DNA from: an uncultured Verrucomicrobiae bacterium
GTDB taxonomy: Bacteria; Verrucomicrobiota; Verrucomicrobiia; Limisphaerales; Palsa-1400
Reading direction: 5' to 3'
DNA: 64,000 nt
Assembly: GCA_963707025.1 (NCBI GenBank)
Contig: CAVPOM010000004.1
Span: 512,001 to 576,000 of the forward strand
The translations under genes were made by a program, and so were the position numbers. The notes beneath the pieces were generated by a model. That model did not search any database, was not told where the DNA came from, and saw only the letters and a list, made by a program, of their open reading frames with translations. Below are positions 1-10,900 of the stretch, piece by piece (within the stretch, counting starts at the first letter, position 1; the number at the start of each line of letters is the position of its first letter).

Positions 1-895
1 CGTGCCGTACCTGCTGGCCGAGGCGGTGGGGCAATTCAATTACACTCAGCGCAAGGGGTTCGACGCCAAGTACCGCCGGGCTGGAGATGTCGTTCTGCAA
101 GAGCAACAAGCCCTGCGCCACGCCCAGGCGCACAGCAAAGCCGCCGCCTATCCGGCCTGCTCAGGGGTGATCGCTTGGTGCGCCTTCGATTACGCCAGTT
201 TGGTCAATCCGTACGACGCGGTCAAATGCCCGGGCGTGGCGGATGTTTTCCGCATCCCAAAACTGGGCGCGACGTTCTATCAGGCGCAAACGGATGCAAA
301 GTCGCGACCGGTCATCCTGCCCAACTTCTATTGGGATTTCGGACCGAATACACCTCAAGGCCCCGGCAAGAACGCCGCCATCTTTTCCAACTGCGACCGG
401 CTCGATCTTTTCGTGGACGGCCGCCCAATTGCCACGCTCCATCCCGACGCGCAGAATTATCCGCACCTCAAACACCCGCCTTTTTTCGCCGATCTGGAAT
501 TGGACGGCGCCAGCCGGCCGGAGCTTCGCATTGATGGATACCTCGCAGGCAGGCGGGTTTTATCCCGTGCCTTCTCCTCCGACCCGGCCCGGGACCGTTT
601 GTTCCTGCAAGCGGACGATCAAGAGTTGATCGGGGACGGCGCGGACGCCACCCGGCTGGCTTTCGGGGAAGTTGACAAATTCGGCTCGATGCGCCCCTTT
701 GTCTCTGGAGCGGTTTCGTTCCAGATTGACGGGCCGGGAGTTATTGTGGGGGACAATCCGTTTCAGTTGGCGGCCAGCGGAGGCATGGGGGCTGTCTGGC
801 TCAGGACCCTGCCGGGCCGAGCCGGAAGCATCAAGGTGACCGCCACCCATTCTTCCTTAGGCGGGAAGCTGGTGAAAATCAAAGTAATCAGATGA
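1..895 (+). CDS. Glycoside hydrolase family 2, C-terminal part (5' truncated by window)
   Basis: End of TIM barrel (WCAFDY...GVADVFRIPK), FSNCDRLDLFVDG Ig-like domain and DGADATRL...GPGVIVGDNP C-terminal domain typical of GH2; paralogous to the facing gene. Confidence 0.8.
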   Translation, partial: VPYLLAEAVGQFNYTQRKGFDAKYRRAGDVVLQEQQALRHAQAHSKAAAYPACSGVIAWCAFDYASLVNPYDAVKCPGVADVFRIPKLGATFYQAQTDAKSRPVILPNFYWDFGPNTPQGPGKNAAIFSNCDRLDLFVDGRPIATLHPDAQNYPHLKHPPFFADLELDGASRPELRIDGYLAGRRVLSRAFSSDPARDRLFLQADDQELIGDGADATRLAFGEVDKFGSMRPFVSGAVSFQIDGPGVIVGDNPFQLAASGGMGAVWLRTLPGRAGSIKVTATHSSLGGKLVKIKVIR

Positions 896-1122
896 AATCC
901 CGTCGCGGCACACGGCCAAATCAGATCGTCGGCTGCCGTTGTCAATCTCCCGGGAATCATGGCAGTCTCCAGGGGTCTTGCGCGCTGCTGAGGGGAAATG
1001 TCCGGGCAGATCCGCAAACGTGATCGCCTCGGAGGGTTGCTGAAATTCAACTACCGGGAAGCTGAGTGAGCTGTTTGACGATGGGAGGAACCGGGACCAC
1101 CATGGTTGCCCACCTCAGGTTT

Positions 1123-3741
1123 TCAGAGTCTCGGCCAGGTATAGGGCTGCGATTTTATGGTAGCCACGCCTGGCTTGAGACCGAAAGCCTCGGCCCGAAT
1201 GGTAATGGCGCCGGGGGTTGTACCGGCCCGGATGAGGACGGTGGCGATGCCGGCCTCCGCATTGGCCGGGTTAGCCCGGATCCTGGCGTCATCAATGATG
1301 GTTCCCGGCCCCTGCACCGTGAAGGTAACCAGGTCGTTCCCGTTGGGATAGGTCGTCCCGCGCGCGTCACACAGGCGGGCATACACCCGGACGAAGTCAG
1401 ATCCATCGGCGGTCAGATCGCGGCCTGCTGTGTCTGCCTGAAGCTCCAAGTGGGTGGACACTCCGGGCGAATGGATGGTTTGGGTGGCGGCCACCTGATC
1501 GTTGATAAGCCCCTCCGCCTTCAGCGCACTCACTTCGGTGCCCGGACGGGCCACGCCGGTCGAGTAAAGCATGGAATGCTCTCCCAATTGGCCGATCTGG
1601 AAGGTGAAGGGCGGGTGCGGAATTTTGTGACCCGGGTCCGGTTTCTGGGTAGCCAACACCTTGCCGTTTTGGCTCAGCCGCACTTCTTCGCAATTACTGA
1701 ACACCGTGACCGTGGTTGGAGACTGATAGGTGGCGTAGTTGGCAATGAACACCATGGGGCCGCTGTCAACCCCGGGAACAAGGACGTCCGCCGGGCGCTG
1801 GCTTTGGAACATGTAGTAGTCGAACTTGGGCAGCCGGAAGAGGTCCAGGAACCCGCCATAGAACGGTTGGTGGTGGTAGCCGCGATAGCAGTCCACGCCA
1901 GCCCACAGGCACGCCCCGCAAAGACGCCCGGTGCCCGGCCCGTCCGGGCCATTGGCCTGTGCGTAGATGCCATCCATCCGGCTGAGGTGTGACCAGGCCT
2001 GGACGAGCAGGGGTGTCTCACCCCATCCCCGGGGCACGCGGCTGCTGGACTGCTGGTCTGTCCAGTTGTCCACCTGGTCTCCCCACTCCCGGACCCAGAG
2101 CGGCTTGCTGGCATTGTTGCCGCTGTAGTCAATATCCCAGCCATTAAAGCCTTGGAGGTTTCTGACGCGGTCTCCAGCGGCATAACACTGACCTCCGGGG
2201 TATTCCTCATGGACGATGTTCTGGAGCTGGATGGCGACAGGCCGGTTGTCGGTCTCATTCAACTGGGCTTCCCACAGGATGGCCGAGGCGTAATTGCGAT
2301 AGCAGCGCACCATGTCGCGGGCATCCTGCAGGACGCGCTCTTTGAACAGGTCATCGCCCATGAACTGCCAGCCCGGGTTGGAGACGATGGCCAGGATTCC
2401 CAGTTCGTCACAGGCATCCATGAAGGCCGGATCCTGGGGATAGTGACTGCGGAAGGAGCGTTAATCCCGGCATCCCGCAGCTTCCTGGCATCCCGAAACT
2501 GGGCTTCCGGCGAGAGGGCATATCCAACATAGGGATGATCCTGGTGCCGGTTGGCCCCAATGGAGATGAAGTGCTCCCCATTAATGAACAGGCCCTGATC
2601 CTTGTCAAATCGAATTGTGCGAATGCCAAGGCGCGTGCGGAACGTCGTCCGCGGGCGCGTGGTCGCTGCTCACGACGGTATGCAGCACATAGAGCGAGGG
2701 ATGATACGGATGCCACAGCGCCGGCTGCTTCACCTCCAGCGTTAGCACGACCGGACGGGAGGCGCCGGCCTCCAGAGGCAGATTGGTCTCCGCAGCCGCG
2801 GCCACTGTGCCATCGGGGGCGAGGAGAGTTTGCGAAACCTTGCAGTTGCCCGGCGCTTCCATTTCATTGGCCACATCGGTCTGAATCCGCACGGTGGCGG
2901 CGGCAGCGGAGACCTCCGGATAGGAGACAAAGACTCCGCCACCCGCCGGTTTGTTCGCCAGTATCGGATCCGTGACGTGCAGCGGGTTCAGGACCTGCAG
3001 ATGAACTCCGCGGTAGAGTCCCCCGAAGTAAGTGAAATCCAGGGCGTCCTGCGGTTTGCCGGGAGGCACCTCCGGGTTGTTCGAGTTGTCGAGCCTGACG
3101 GTGACGATGTTCTCCCCGTCGAAGCGCGCCTGCTTCGAAAGGTCCACCGTGAATGGCAGGTAGCCGCAGTAGTGACTGGCGAGGTGGACGCCATTGAGCC
3201 ACACATCCGCAGTTGCCATGGCGCCTCCGAACCGCAGGTAGATCTTGCGGTCCCGCCACAGATCGCTCAGGGCGAAATGCTTTCGATACCAGCACACGCC
3301 CTGGTAATTGACGCCGCCGCTGGCATTCAGTGGTTCCAGCCGGACCGTGTGCGGAAGATTCACCATCTCCCAGGCGGCGTCATCCAGTTTGGCGACATCC
3401 ACGGTCTGCGCATCGCGCCGGATGTTGGGTGGCAACTGGTCCAGGACGCAGAAGCGCCAGCCCTGGTTGAAGTCAAAATCCTTGCGTATATCGGACGGTC
3501 GAGGCCAGGTTGGGCTTGCAGGGGCCGTTTCCACCGTGGTTTGAGTCTGGTCCGAAGCAGGGGATGTGGTGCCCGTGGTCAGGATGCAGGAGAGCAGGAG
3601 GAATGCAACCAGCAGCGATTGTCCTCCACTGGCCAGGCCGCGATGTCGTTCGCTTGACCCAACGCTTTCCATGAGGTGATTGATGAGAAATTGCTTCATC
3701 ACAGCGATCCCAAAGGTGGCTGTCTTGAGCGGTTGTTGCAA
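1123..3741 (-). CDS. Glycoside hydrolase family 2 (beta-galactosidase-like), interrupted by two compensating frameshifts (~2640, ~2459)
   Basis: ORFs 2605..3741 and 1123..2421 are in the same frame. The shifted frame between them reads RTRLGIRTIRF...GANRHQDHPYVG, joining SFRSHYPQDPAFMDACDELG. WYRKHF, GGLYRGV, acid/base LNE and nucleophile-like REWG motifs are present; start codon uncertain. Confidence 0.85.
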
Positions 3742-3965
3742 GCAAAAAGCCCCGCAAACCGACGGTGAGATAAGACTTCTCCCAGACAGAGCAGGGACAA
3801 GAAGCCGGACTGTGCCTGCACCACTTTTACTTCAATTTGCCTGATTAACAAGGATACGGAGGCAGAAGATGGCGCGGTGTGTCGGCCTGGGGACAGTGAA
3901 GGTGTTGGCGCCGGGGCTCCAATAAGCTGGGTTTGGTCGGCGCTGAATGGGCCATTCCGAGAGAT

Positions 3966-4101
3966 TAGGGCGGTTTAAGAAATTGTGCAGCCCTAAATGA
4001 GGATGGCAGGGCAAGCACTCCGTGCGCGCCGCGGCGGGTCCCGATAATTCGGGACCCGCCCTGCCGCGTAATGCGGCTACAGCATTTGTGAACTAGACCG
4101 C
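3966..4101. repeat. MITE/REP-like dispersed repeat, copy 1
   Basis: Similar to 16851..16984 (TAGGGCGGTTT...CCCTAAATGAG..TGGCAGGGC..GCACTCCGTGCG.GCCGC...CGTAATGCGGCTACAG.ATTTGTGAA); internal palindromes. Confidence 0.75.
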
Positions 4102-4143
4102 GGCCACAACCGTAAAACCGGTCTTGCAGAAGTCGCGTGTTGT

Positions 4144-6630
4144 TTACTGGTTGCCGGACGGGCCGGGGGTATTGGTGCGAAGGATACTCACATATTTGAG
4201 CGCCACGTCATTGGTGGAGTGCTCTTGCAGCACCTCCTCAAACTGGGCCAGCGCTTCCGGGTTGCGATGCTGGTTGAACAGCGCGATGCCCAAATTCAAA
4301 CGGGCCTCCAGCAATCCCGGCTTCAGCCGCACCGCCTCCGCGAACTCCTGGGTCGCGCCAGCCGCGTCGCCCTCCCGTCCCATTTCCAAACCAAGGGAAA
4401 AGTGGGCCTCGGCGAACTTCGGATCCAATCGCACGGCTTCCGCGTAATGGGCTTTGGCTTCCTCATGCCGCCCCAACTTAATCAGGCTCAGGCCCAAATT
4501 GACCTGCACTTCCGGATCAGCCGGATTCAGGCGGAGGGAATCGGTGAAATTAGTGACGGCGGACTCGTACCAGCCCTTGCTGAAGGAAACCTTGCCCAGC
4601 GCGCTGAAGCTCTCCGGGGTGCGGACCCGGTTGACGAGGGATTCCTGGAATTGTTGGTTTGCTTCCTCCAGTTTGCCCAAGGCCTCGAGCGCTTTGCCCA
4701 GACCCAGATGCGCCGGCCCCCAGTAAGGTTTGAGCCGCAGTACTTTTCGGAACTCCGCGGCGGCTTCTTCGTTGCGGCCCAGTTGCGCTTCCAACACCGC
4801 CAGACTGTTCATCGCCTCCACCGCGTCCGGTTTCAACCGGATGGCCTGTTGCAAGGCGGCCATGGCTTCCCCGTTGCGTTTCGCCCCCTCCAGCGCCACA
4901 CCCAAACTCCGCCACGCGTCGGCGCTGTGCGGCAGCAGGCCCACCACCCGCTGCAATGATTCAGTCTCGCCGGCCGCGTCCCCGGTCTTCTGCTGGAGGA
5001 ACGCCAGGTTTTCTTGCAGAATCCAGTCATTGGTCGCGGCGGCGGCGGCGGCCTTGGTCAGGGCTTCTTCCTGGCGGAGAGCGTCCGGCCGGGTGGCGGG
5101 CAAGAGTTGTTCCACCTGCCGGCGCAAAAGCTCATACTGCTCCCTATTATTGACTTGCTGGGAGAAGGGAGGCTCGTTCAGGCGGCTGAGAATGTCCATC
5201 TCCCCGTCGCGCCGCGTGGAATCTGTCCATCCCAGCCGCCGGGCGCAGTCCTCCGCGGTGGGCCAGGGGTGCGACGCCCGCCCGGGCAAACCCTGCGCCA
5301 CTTGTTCCGCCAGAGTCAGCGCCACCAGATAGTTGCCTTCAAAGGTCAGATGGACATGCTCGTAGAGAAATTTTCCGCCGGGGATGCCGTGCGGGCATTG
5401 CTGTGCCATCGCGGCTTCCGCGTCCACCAACCGCACGCCCGCGCGCGCCCGGTTGGACGCGGCCTGCCGGATGATTTGGTTGAGGCGGCTGTCGGCGCGG
5501 AAGCGGAGAACATCTTGATCGCAAGCCAGGTTAAACTGCCGTAGCGCCTCCCCATCCCGGCCCAACGCCAGGGCGCACTGGCCCTGGCGAAAGTGCGCCT
5601 CGGCAAACGTATCGTCCATCTGGTCCGCTTGTCCAAAAGACGCCGCCGCTTCCGCCGCCCGGCCCGCTTGCTGCGCCTGGATGCCGGCCTGGTAAAAATT
5701 GTCCCAGCGCGCTAATTCTTCGGCGGACATCCCCGTCCGATGCTCCGAAGCGAAGGGGCCGCAATCCGCCAGATTGCGGGCGACGGTGCTGACCACGATT
5801 TTCGCCCCGCTGCGCAGGCCAAGGTCAATAATGTCGTTCAGGTTGCGTTCGAAGCTGCCATAGACCACCGCCATGCGCGGGTCCTCCTGGCGGACGTGGT
5901 GGTGCAGGAACATGATCATGCCGCCCCATTCGCTCTGGTTGAGCGGCCGTTTTTGAAAATGGCGCAACAGGCTGCCCAAGGCCTGTCCAAGGCGCGTGCC
6001 CTTGAAGGCCACCGCGGCGCGGACCAGCGCCAGATTGGCCGCTGGCGGGCCAAAAACCGTGCCCGAACCATAAGGCCCCACCACTTCGTTGTTGCCCATA
6101 TAGATCACCCAGAAGTCCCCGTGTTGCGCCGCGCAATCCCTGGCAATGGGCAGGATGACGTGGGAATCGATCGCCGTCATGGCCGTATTGACCACTTCAA
6201 AATGCTGCTCCGGGTAACGCCCCTCCAACAAGGCTTGCAAAACCCGGCACAGGCCGAATTCAGGCTGCGGATCGCCGTAAGCCGCCGACTCGCCAAAGAC
6301 GAAAACGCGGATCGTATCCGGCGCCTTGACTTTGGGGATGACCAGCGGAAAGGGGCTGCGCGCCATTTCCGGGCCGAAAAAGCGCCAGCCAAAACGGTCG
6401 TTCTCGATCAGGCAATCCTTCCCATTGATCCGCAGCGGCAGAAAGAAGGACATGGGGTGGCCGACCCCCGCCAGGCGCAAGCCGGCCTCCACGGCCACCA
6501 AGAGCAGCGCCGGCCCCAGCACCGCCGCCGCCAGGCGAAAAAGCCAGAGCCTCCGGCGCGGCCGCGGGAGCGGATGGGCCGGCGGCGACCGGCCGCGCGC
6601 GGAGGAACCCTTGGAGCGGGGCGATTTCAT
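4144..6630 (-). CDS. Membrane-anchored SGNH-like domain + tetratricopeptide repeat protein
   Basis: N-terminal hydrophobic helix; FVFGES, YMGNNE and EHVH SGNH-like blocks; many TPR units in the C-terminal half. Confidence 0.8.
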   Translation of the reverse strand: MKSPRSKGSSARGRSPPAHPLPRPRRRLWLFRLAAAVLGPALLLVAVEAGLRLAGVGHPMSFFLPLRINGKDCLIENDRFGWRFFGPEMARSPFPLVIPKVKAPDTIRVFVFGESAAYGDPQPEFGLCRVLQALLEGRYPEQHFEVVNTAMTAIDSHVILPIARDCAAQHGDFWVIYMGNNEVVGPYGSGTVFGPPAANLALVRAAVAFKGTRLGQALGSLLRHFQKRPLNQSEWGGMIMFLHHHVRQEDPRMAVVYGSFERNLNDIIDLGLRSGAKIVVSTVARNLADCGPFASEHRTGMSAEELARWDNFYQAGIQAQQAGRAAEAAASFGQADQMDDTFAEAHFRQGQCALALGRDGEALRQFNLACDQDVLRFRADSRLNQIIRQAASNRARAGVRLVDAEAAMAQQCPHGIPGGKFLYEHVHLTFEGNYLVALTLAEQVAQGLPGRASHPWPTAEDCARRLGWTDSTRRDGEMDILSRLNEPPFSQQVNNREQYELLRRQVEQLLPATRPDALRQEEALTKAAAAAATNDWILQENLAFLQQKTGDAAGETESLQRVVGLLPHSADAWRSLGVALEGAKRNGEAMAALQQAIRLKPDAVEAMNSLAVLEAQLGRNEEAAAEFRKVLRLKPYWGPAHLGLGKALEALGKLEEANQQFQESLVNRVRTPESFSALGKVSFSKGWYESAVTNFTDSLRLNPADPEVQVNLGLSLIKLGRHEEAKAHYAEAVRLDPKFAEAHFSLGLEMGREGDAAGATQEFAEAVRLKPGLLEARLNLGIALFNQHRNPEALAQFEEVLQEHSTNDVALKYVSILRTNTPGPSGNQ

Positions 6631-6691
6631 ATTTCACTTCTTCGGGTGGCTCCAGACGGCCAAGTCAATACTTCCAGATTTCGGACGTTCT

Positions 6692-6783
6692 CGATTGAGA
6701 ATTGCTCACGGAAGTTTTGTTATTGGTTATCGGAAGAGGTTTACATGACCAATGACCAATTCTCAATGACCAATTCTCAATCG
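6692..6783. repeat. Heptamer tandem repeats within an imperfect inverted repeat
   Basis: AATGACC/AATTCTC alternating at 6751-6778; 13-bp perfect IR 6692-6704 / 6771-6783. Confidence 0.7.
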
Positions 6784-6822
6784 CATGAATCGCTCAAATC
6801 CTGCCCAAGGCAAAGCAGCGGC

Positions 6823-6874
6823 TTCGTAAGTATTTGATAATCAATGGAGCGGGTGAAGCGAATCGAACCCTCGT
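6823..6874 (-). repeat. att-like site 1: tRNA-Gly 3' fragment (6845-6874) plus IHF consensus site
   Basis: Minus strand ACGAGGGTTCGATTCGCTTCACCCGCTCCA (T-arm, acceptor 3' strand, CCA) then TTGAT-TATCAAATACTTA; 6834-6874 is identical to 15360-15400. Confidence 0.85.
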
Positions 6875-7110
6875 TCCGGTGACATTTTATATACCGTTGA
6901 TAATTAACATGTTACACATTATGCTGTCATAGCGGGGTTCGTTTATAGAGTGGCTCATAAACCAAACGAGTTGCAGAAAGTGGCTTAAAGTAGTGCAGAA
7001 TTCGACTTCGACACATGCGATTCCCCGCGTGATCCGCGCTTCTCATTTCGAGGATGCTCCAAGTCGGATTTCGCACCCGAACGGGAGAATGCGTCATGGC
7101 TTGCGGCGGG

Positions 7111-7818
7111 TCATTCGAGGCCGCCCCGGTGATCGGTCCTGCCGGTTTGGCGTCTAATCGCATGCCGTTCGGCTGCCTGTTCAAACTGGGCTGCCAAGCG
7201 TTTGGTTTCCTTCTTGATCGCTGCGGAAATTCGGTGGCGCGTTACGTAAACATTGGCGAGAGTAACGCCCAAGGATTGCGCGACCTCGGTTCCCGTCCAT
7301 TCCTTGAGAACGAGCAGGTCGAAAATCTGGAATTGTCTGTCGGTGAAATCTTCCTTCACCCGCTCCAGGGCGACGGCAAAAAGGTTCTTGCGCCATTCGG
7401 TTTCGAAGAGCGCGTCCAGGTCAATCGAGGCCGGATCGGGGACGCGGTTGATTGTGGAGGTTCTCGCCGTGTCATCGTCCACTTGGGGACCGGCGATGTG
7501 AGCCGTTTCCCGGTGACGCTTCTTGATCTGATCCTTGATGCGCCAGGCGGCTTGGTTCAAGAGCCAAGTCTTGAACTTGCACACTTTCGGATCGTAACGG
7601 TATTCCGGCAGATGCCGCGACATGGCGATGGCCGTCTCCTGCACGATCTCATCGGCTTCCGTCTCGGTCAAGCCGGACTGAATGGCAAAGGCCCGCATCA
7701 TCTTGCCGTAAATGCGATAGAACTCGTTCCAACCGTCGGCGTCATCCGTCTTGAGCCGCCGGAGCAAACTGGGCCGCGTTTGAATGGAGCTGGGTTCATC
7801 CATCGCCATGAAGATCAT
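7111..7818 (-). CDS. ECF-type sigma-70 factor (kinase-associated type)
   Basis: TRPSLLRRLK N-terminus, region 2 ADEIVQET...FKTWL, region 4 HTH EVAQSLGVTLANVYVTRHR. Confidence 0.9.
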   Translation of the reverse strand: MIFMAMDEPSSIQTRPSLLRRLKTDDADGWNEFYRIYGKMMRAFAIQSGLTETEADEIVQETAIAMSRHLPEYRYDPKVCKFKTWLLNQAAWRIKDQIKKRHRETAHIAGPQVDDDTARTSTINRVPDPASIDLDALFETEWRKNLFAVALERVKEDFTDRQFQIFDLLVLKEWTGTEVAQSLGVTLANVYVTRHRISAAIKKETKRLAAQFEQAAERHAIRRQTGRTDHRGGLE

Positions 7819-7825
7819 ACTATCA

Positions 7826-7855
7826 TTTTAACGCCGATCCGCGAGGATTCTTACA
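7826..7855 (-). promoter_or_regulatory. Putative ECF promoter for the sigma gene
   Basis: Minus strand TGTAAG-N16-CGTTAAAA immediately upstream of ATG 7818. Confidence 0.65.
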
Positions 7856-7862
7856 ACTATTC

Positions 7863-7892
7863 TGTAAGCATTGCCGCGCCGGGTCGTTTAAA
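7863..7892 (+). promoter_or_regulatory. Putative ECF promoter for the FG-GAP protein gene
   Basis: TGTAAG-N16-CGTTTAAA, back-to-back with the sigma promoter. Confidence 0.65.
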
Positions 7893-7922
7893 CAGATGAA
7901 TCGAACGGACAATCATCCATAA

Positions 7923-10900
7923 ATGATTATGAAAACACGAATAAGCCGATGCCCGGGTATCCCGGCGGTTTTGCGGGCGTCAGCCACTTTGCTCGCCTCC
8001 GTCTTCGTTCTCGCCCGCGCCTACAGCCAGGAGACACTTTATAGTTTCACGGGCGCTCCGGGACAGTTCATTACATTGATGCTGGCAACAAACGGCGACT
8101 TTTATGGCACCACCAGCGCGGGCGGAACGGGCGGATACGGAACGGTGTTCACAATGACGACCAACGGGGATTTTACCACTTTGGTTTCATTCGCCAATAC
8201 CAACGGCAGTCTGCCCTCCAAAGGCGGGTTGATTCAGGCCAGCGACGGGAATTTCTACGGAACAACCTACAACGGCGGCAATCTGGCGCAGGGTGGCGGA
8301 TTAGGTCTTGGGACGGTGTTTAAAATGACGCCCGCCGGGGTGTTGACGAGGCTGCATGTATTCGGTGGCACCGACGGCGGACACCCCTCGGCCGCCTTGG
8401 TGCAAGCCAGCGACGGCAACTTCTACGGAACCACCTATTGGGGGGGCAATCTGGCGCATGGCGGCGGCTCCGGGCTTGGGGCGGTGTTCAAGATCACGCC
8501 TGCCGGCGTGTTCACGCCGTTATATGCGTTCAGCGGGACCGATGGAGGCCATCCCGACGCCGGATTGGTGCAAGGGAGCGACGGCACTTTCTACGGGACA
8601 ACCTACTACGGCGGCGATCTGGCGGCGCCGCTGGGCGGGGGCAACGGGCTGGGCACGGTGTTCTCGATCACGACCAACGGGCAATTTACACTAATGGTTG
8701 CGTTCAACGGCGACAATGGCGGGAATCCCGACGCCGGATTGGTGAAAGCGAGCGACGGCAATTTCTATGGGACAACCTATTGGGGCGGTGATCTGACGCT
8801 GAATGGCGGCTCTGGCCTTGGGAGCGCGTTTCAATTCACGCCGGACGGAGGGTTCACGCTGCTGGCAACCTTCAACGCCACCAATGGAGGCCACCCTTCC
8901 GCGGGGTTGGCCCAGGGGAACGACGGCAACTTCTACGGGACAACCTATTGGGGCGGCGATCTCACCGTGAACGGCGGCAATGGCTTTGGGTCGGTTTTCA
9001 AGATGACATCAGACGGGACAGTCACCACATTGGTTGCGTTTACGGGCGGCAATGGAGCTTATCCTTATTTTGGAGTGCTGCAGGCAAGCGATGGCAGCTT
9101 GTATGGCACAACTTCTCAAGGCGGGGCTGGAGGCGGGGGCACCATTTACCGGCTTGCCATTGGGCCGGCGCTGAACGTTTCGCAGCAACCGGGTAACCTT
9201 TCCGTCAGCCTGGGTGCCAATGCCCTCTTCCAAACTACTGCTCTGGGCAGTGATCCGTTAGCCTATCAATGGCGATTCAATGGGACCGCCATTATGGACG
9301 AGACGAATCCAGCCGTCACCATCTCCAATGTTCAACTGACAAATGCCGGAAGCTACACGGTCGTCGTGACGGACATTTCCGGCTCAGTCACCAGCCGGGT
9401 AGCGACATTGCAGGTGGATCCTGCCTTTACCAAGATCACCACGGGAGCCATCGTGACCAACGTGGGAACCGGCACAGCTTGTGCCTGGGGGGACTATGAC
9501 AATGACGGGTTCATAGATCTCATCGTCACCAGCGCCTATAGCACGGCAAATCATACCGCTCAAAGCAACCTCCTTTTTCACAATAACGGGGACGGCACGT
9601 TTACGCAGATTACAGGCACCGATGTGACGGTTGAGGCGCGGGACTGGCGCGGCTGCTCCTGGGTGGACTACGATAATGACGGCTTTCTTGACCTCTACAT
9701 TGTCAGCACCACGGACAACGGTTTCACCGCTGAGAATGAGCTTTTTCGGAATAACGGCGACGGCACGTTCACAAAAATGACTGCGGGCGTGGCAGGCGAT
9801 ATTGTCCCGGGCGGGGGCAGTTCCGAAGGACCCGTTTGGGCTGACTTCGACCGCGATGGCTTTGTTGACCTCTACATTGCCAGGTACGGCACCGGCTGGC
9901 TTTATCGTAACAATGGCGATGGAACTTTTGCGCAAGTGACCGACGGCGCCGTGGCCGACTATCAGGACAACCGGGGCAGCTACAACGCCGCCTGGGCTGA
10001 TTACGACAATGATGGCTGGCCGGACCTTTTCGTCACCTCCAAGAACGACACCTTTCAGAATGGAACCAATTATCTCTATCATAACGACGGGGCGGCGGGA
10101 TTCTCCCGGGTCCTCTCGGGTCCCGTCGTCACGGACAATGAGTATTCCGTTGGGTGTGCCTGGGGCGACTATGACAACGACGGCAATCTGGATTTATTCG
10201 TGGCCACTGGTCTGAACCACCTGGCCGGGTGCTCCCTCTACCATAATAACGGGGACGGCACGTTTAACAAGATGAGCAGTAACGAGGTCGGCAGCCTGGT
10301 CAGCGACCTGGCGCCCTTTGCGCAGTGCGCCTGGGGCGACTTCGACAACGACGGCTACCTCGACCTGTACGTAACGGTTCTGCTCACCACTGGCGTCAAT
10401 CGTCTCTATCACAACAACGGCGATGGTACCTTCACGCGCGTGACCACAGGGAGCCTCGTCAATGATGTCGGGCCATCGGTGGGATGCGCCTGGGGCGACT
10501 ACGACAATGACGGATTCCTTGACCTCTTTGTCGCCCGTGGAGGGGATACTCTGCCAACGGCCAATGTGCTGTATCGGAACAACGGGAACAGCAACGCCTG
10601 GCTGCGCATCAAATTGGTGGGAACGGTATCCAGCCGGTCCGCCATCGGGGCCAGGGTTCGGGCCAAGGCGTCCATTGGGGGGAAGACTTTCTGGCAGTTG
10701 CGTGAAATCAACACCGGCGACGGCTTTTGCGCCGGTCCGCTCGAAACCCACTTCGGCCTGGGCAACGCCACCAACATTGACACGCTGCGGATCGAATGGC
10801 CTTCCGGCGCCGTGCAGGAGTTTCCCAACGTCGCGCCAAGGCAAATCCTGACTATCACCGAACCGCCGCAGTTGCTGGCGGGCTTGAGCAATGGCGTCCC

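Noticed and set aside
7923..10600. CRISPR-like regularly spaced repeats
   Set aside because: The repeats are in-frame protein repeat motifs (DGNFYGTT, WGDYDNDG); no cas genes or spacer structure in the window
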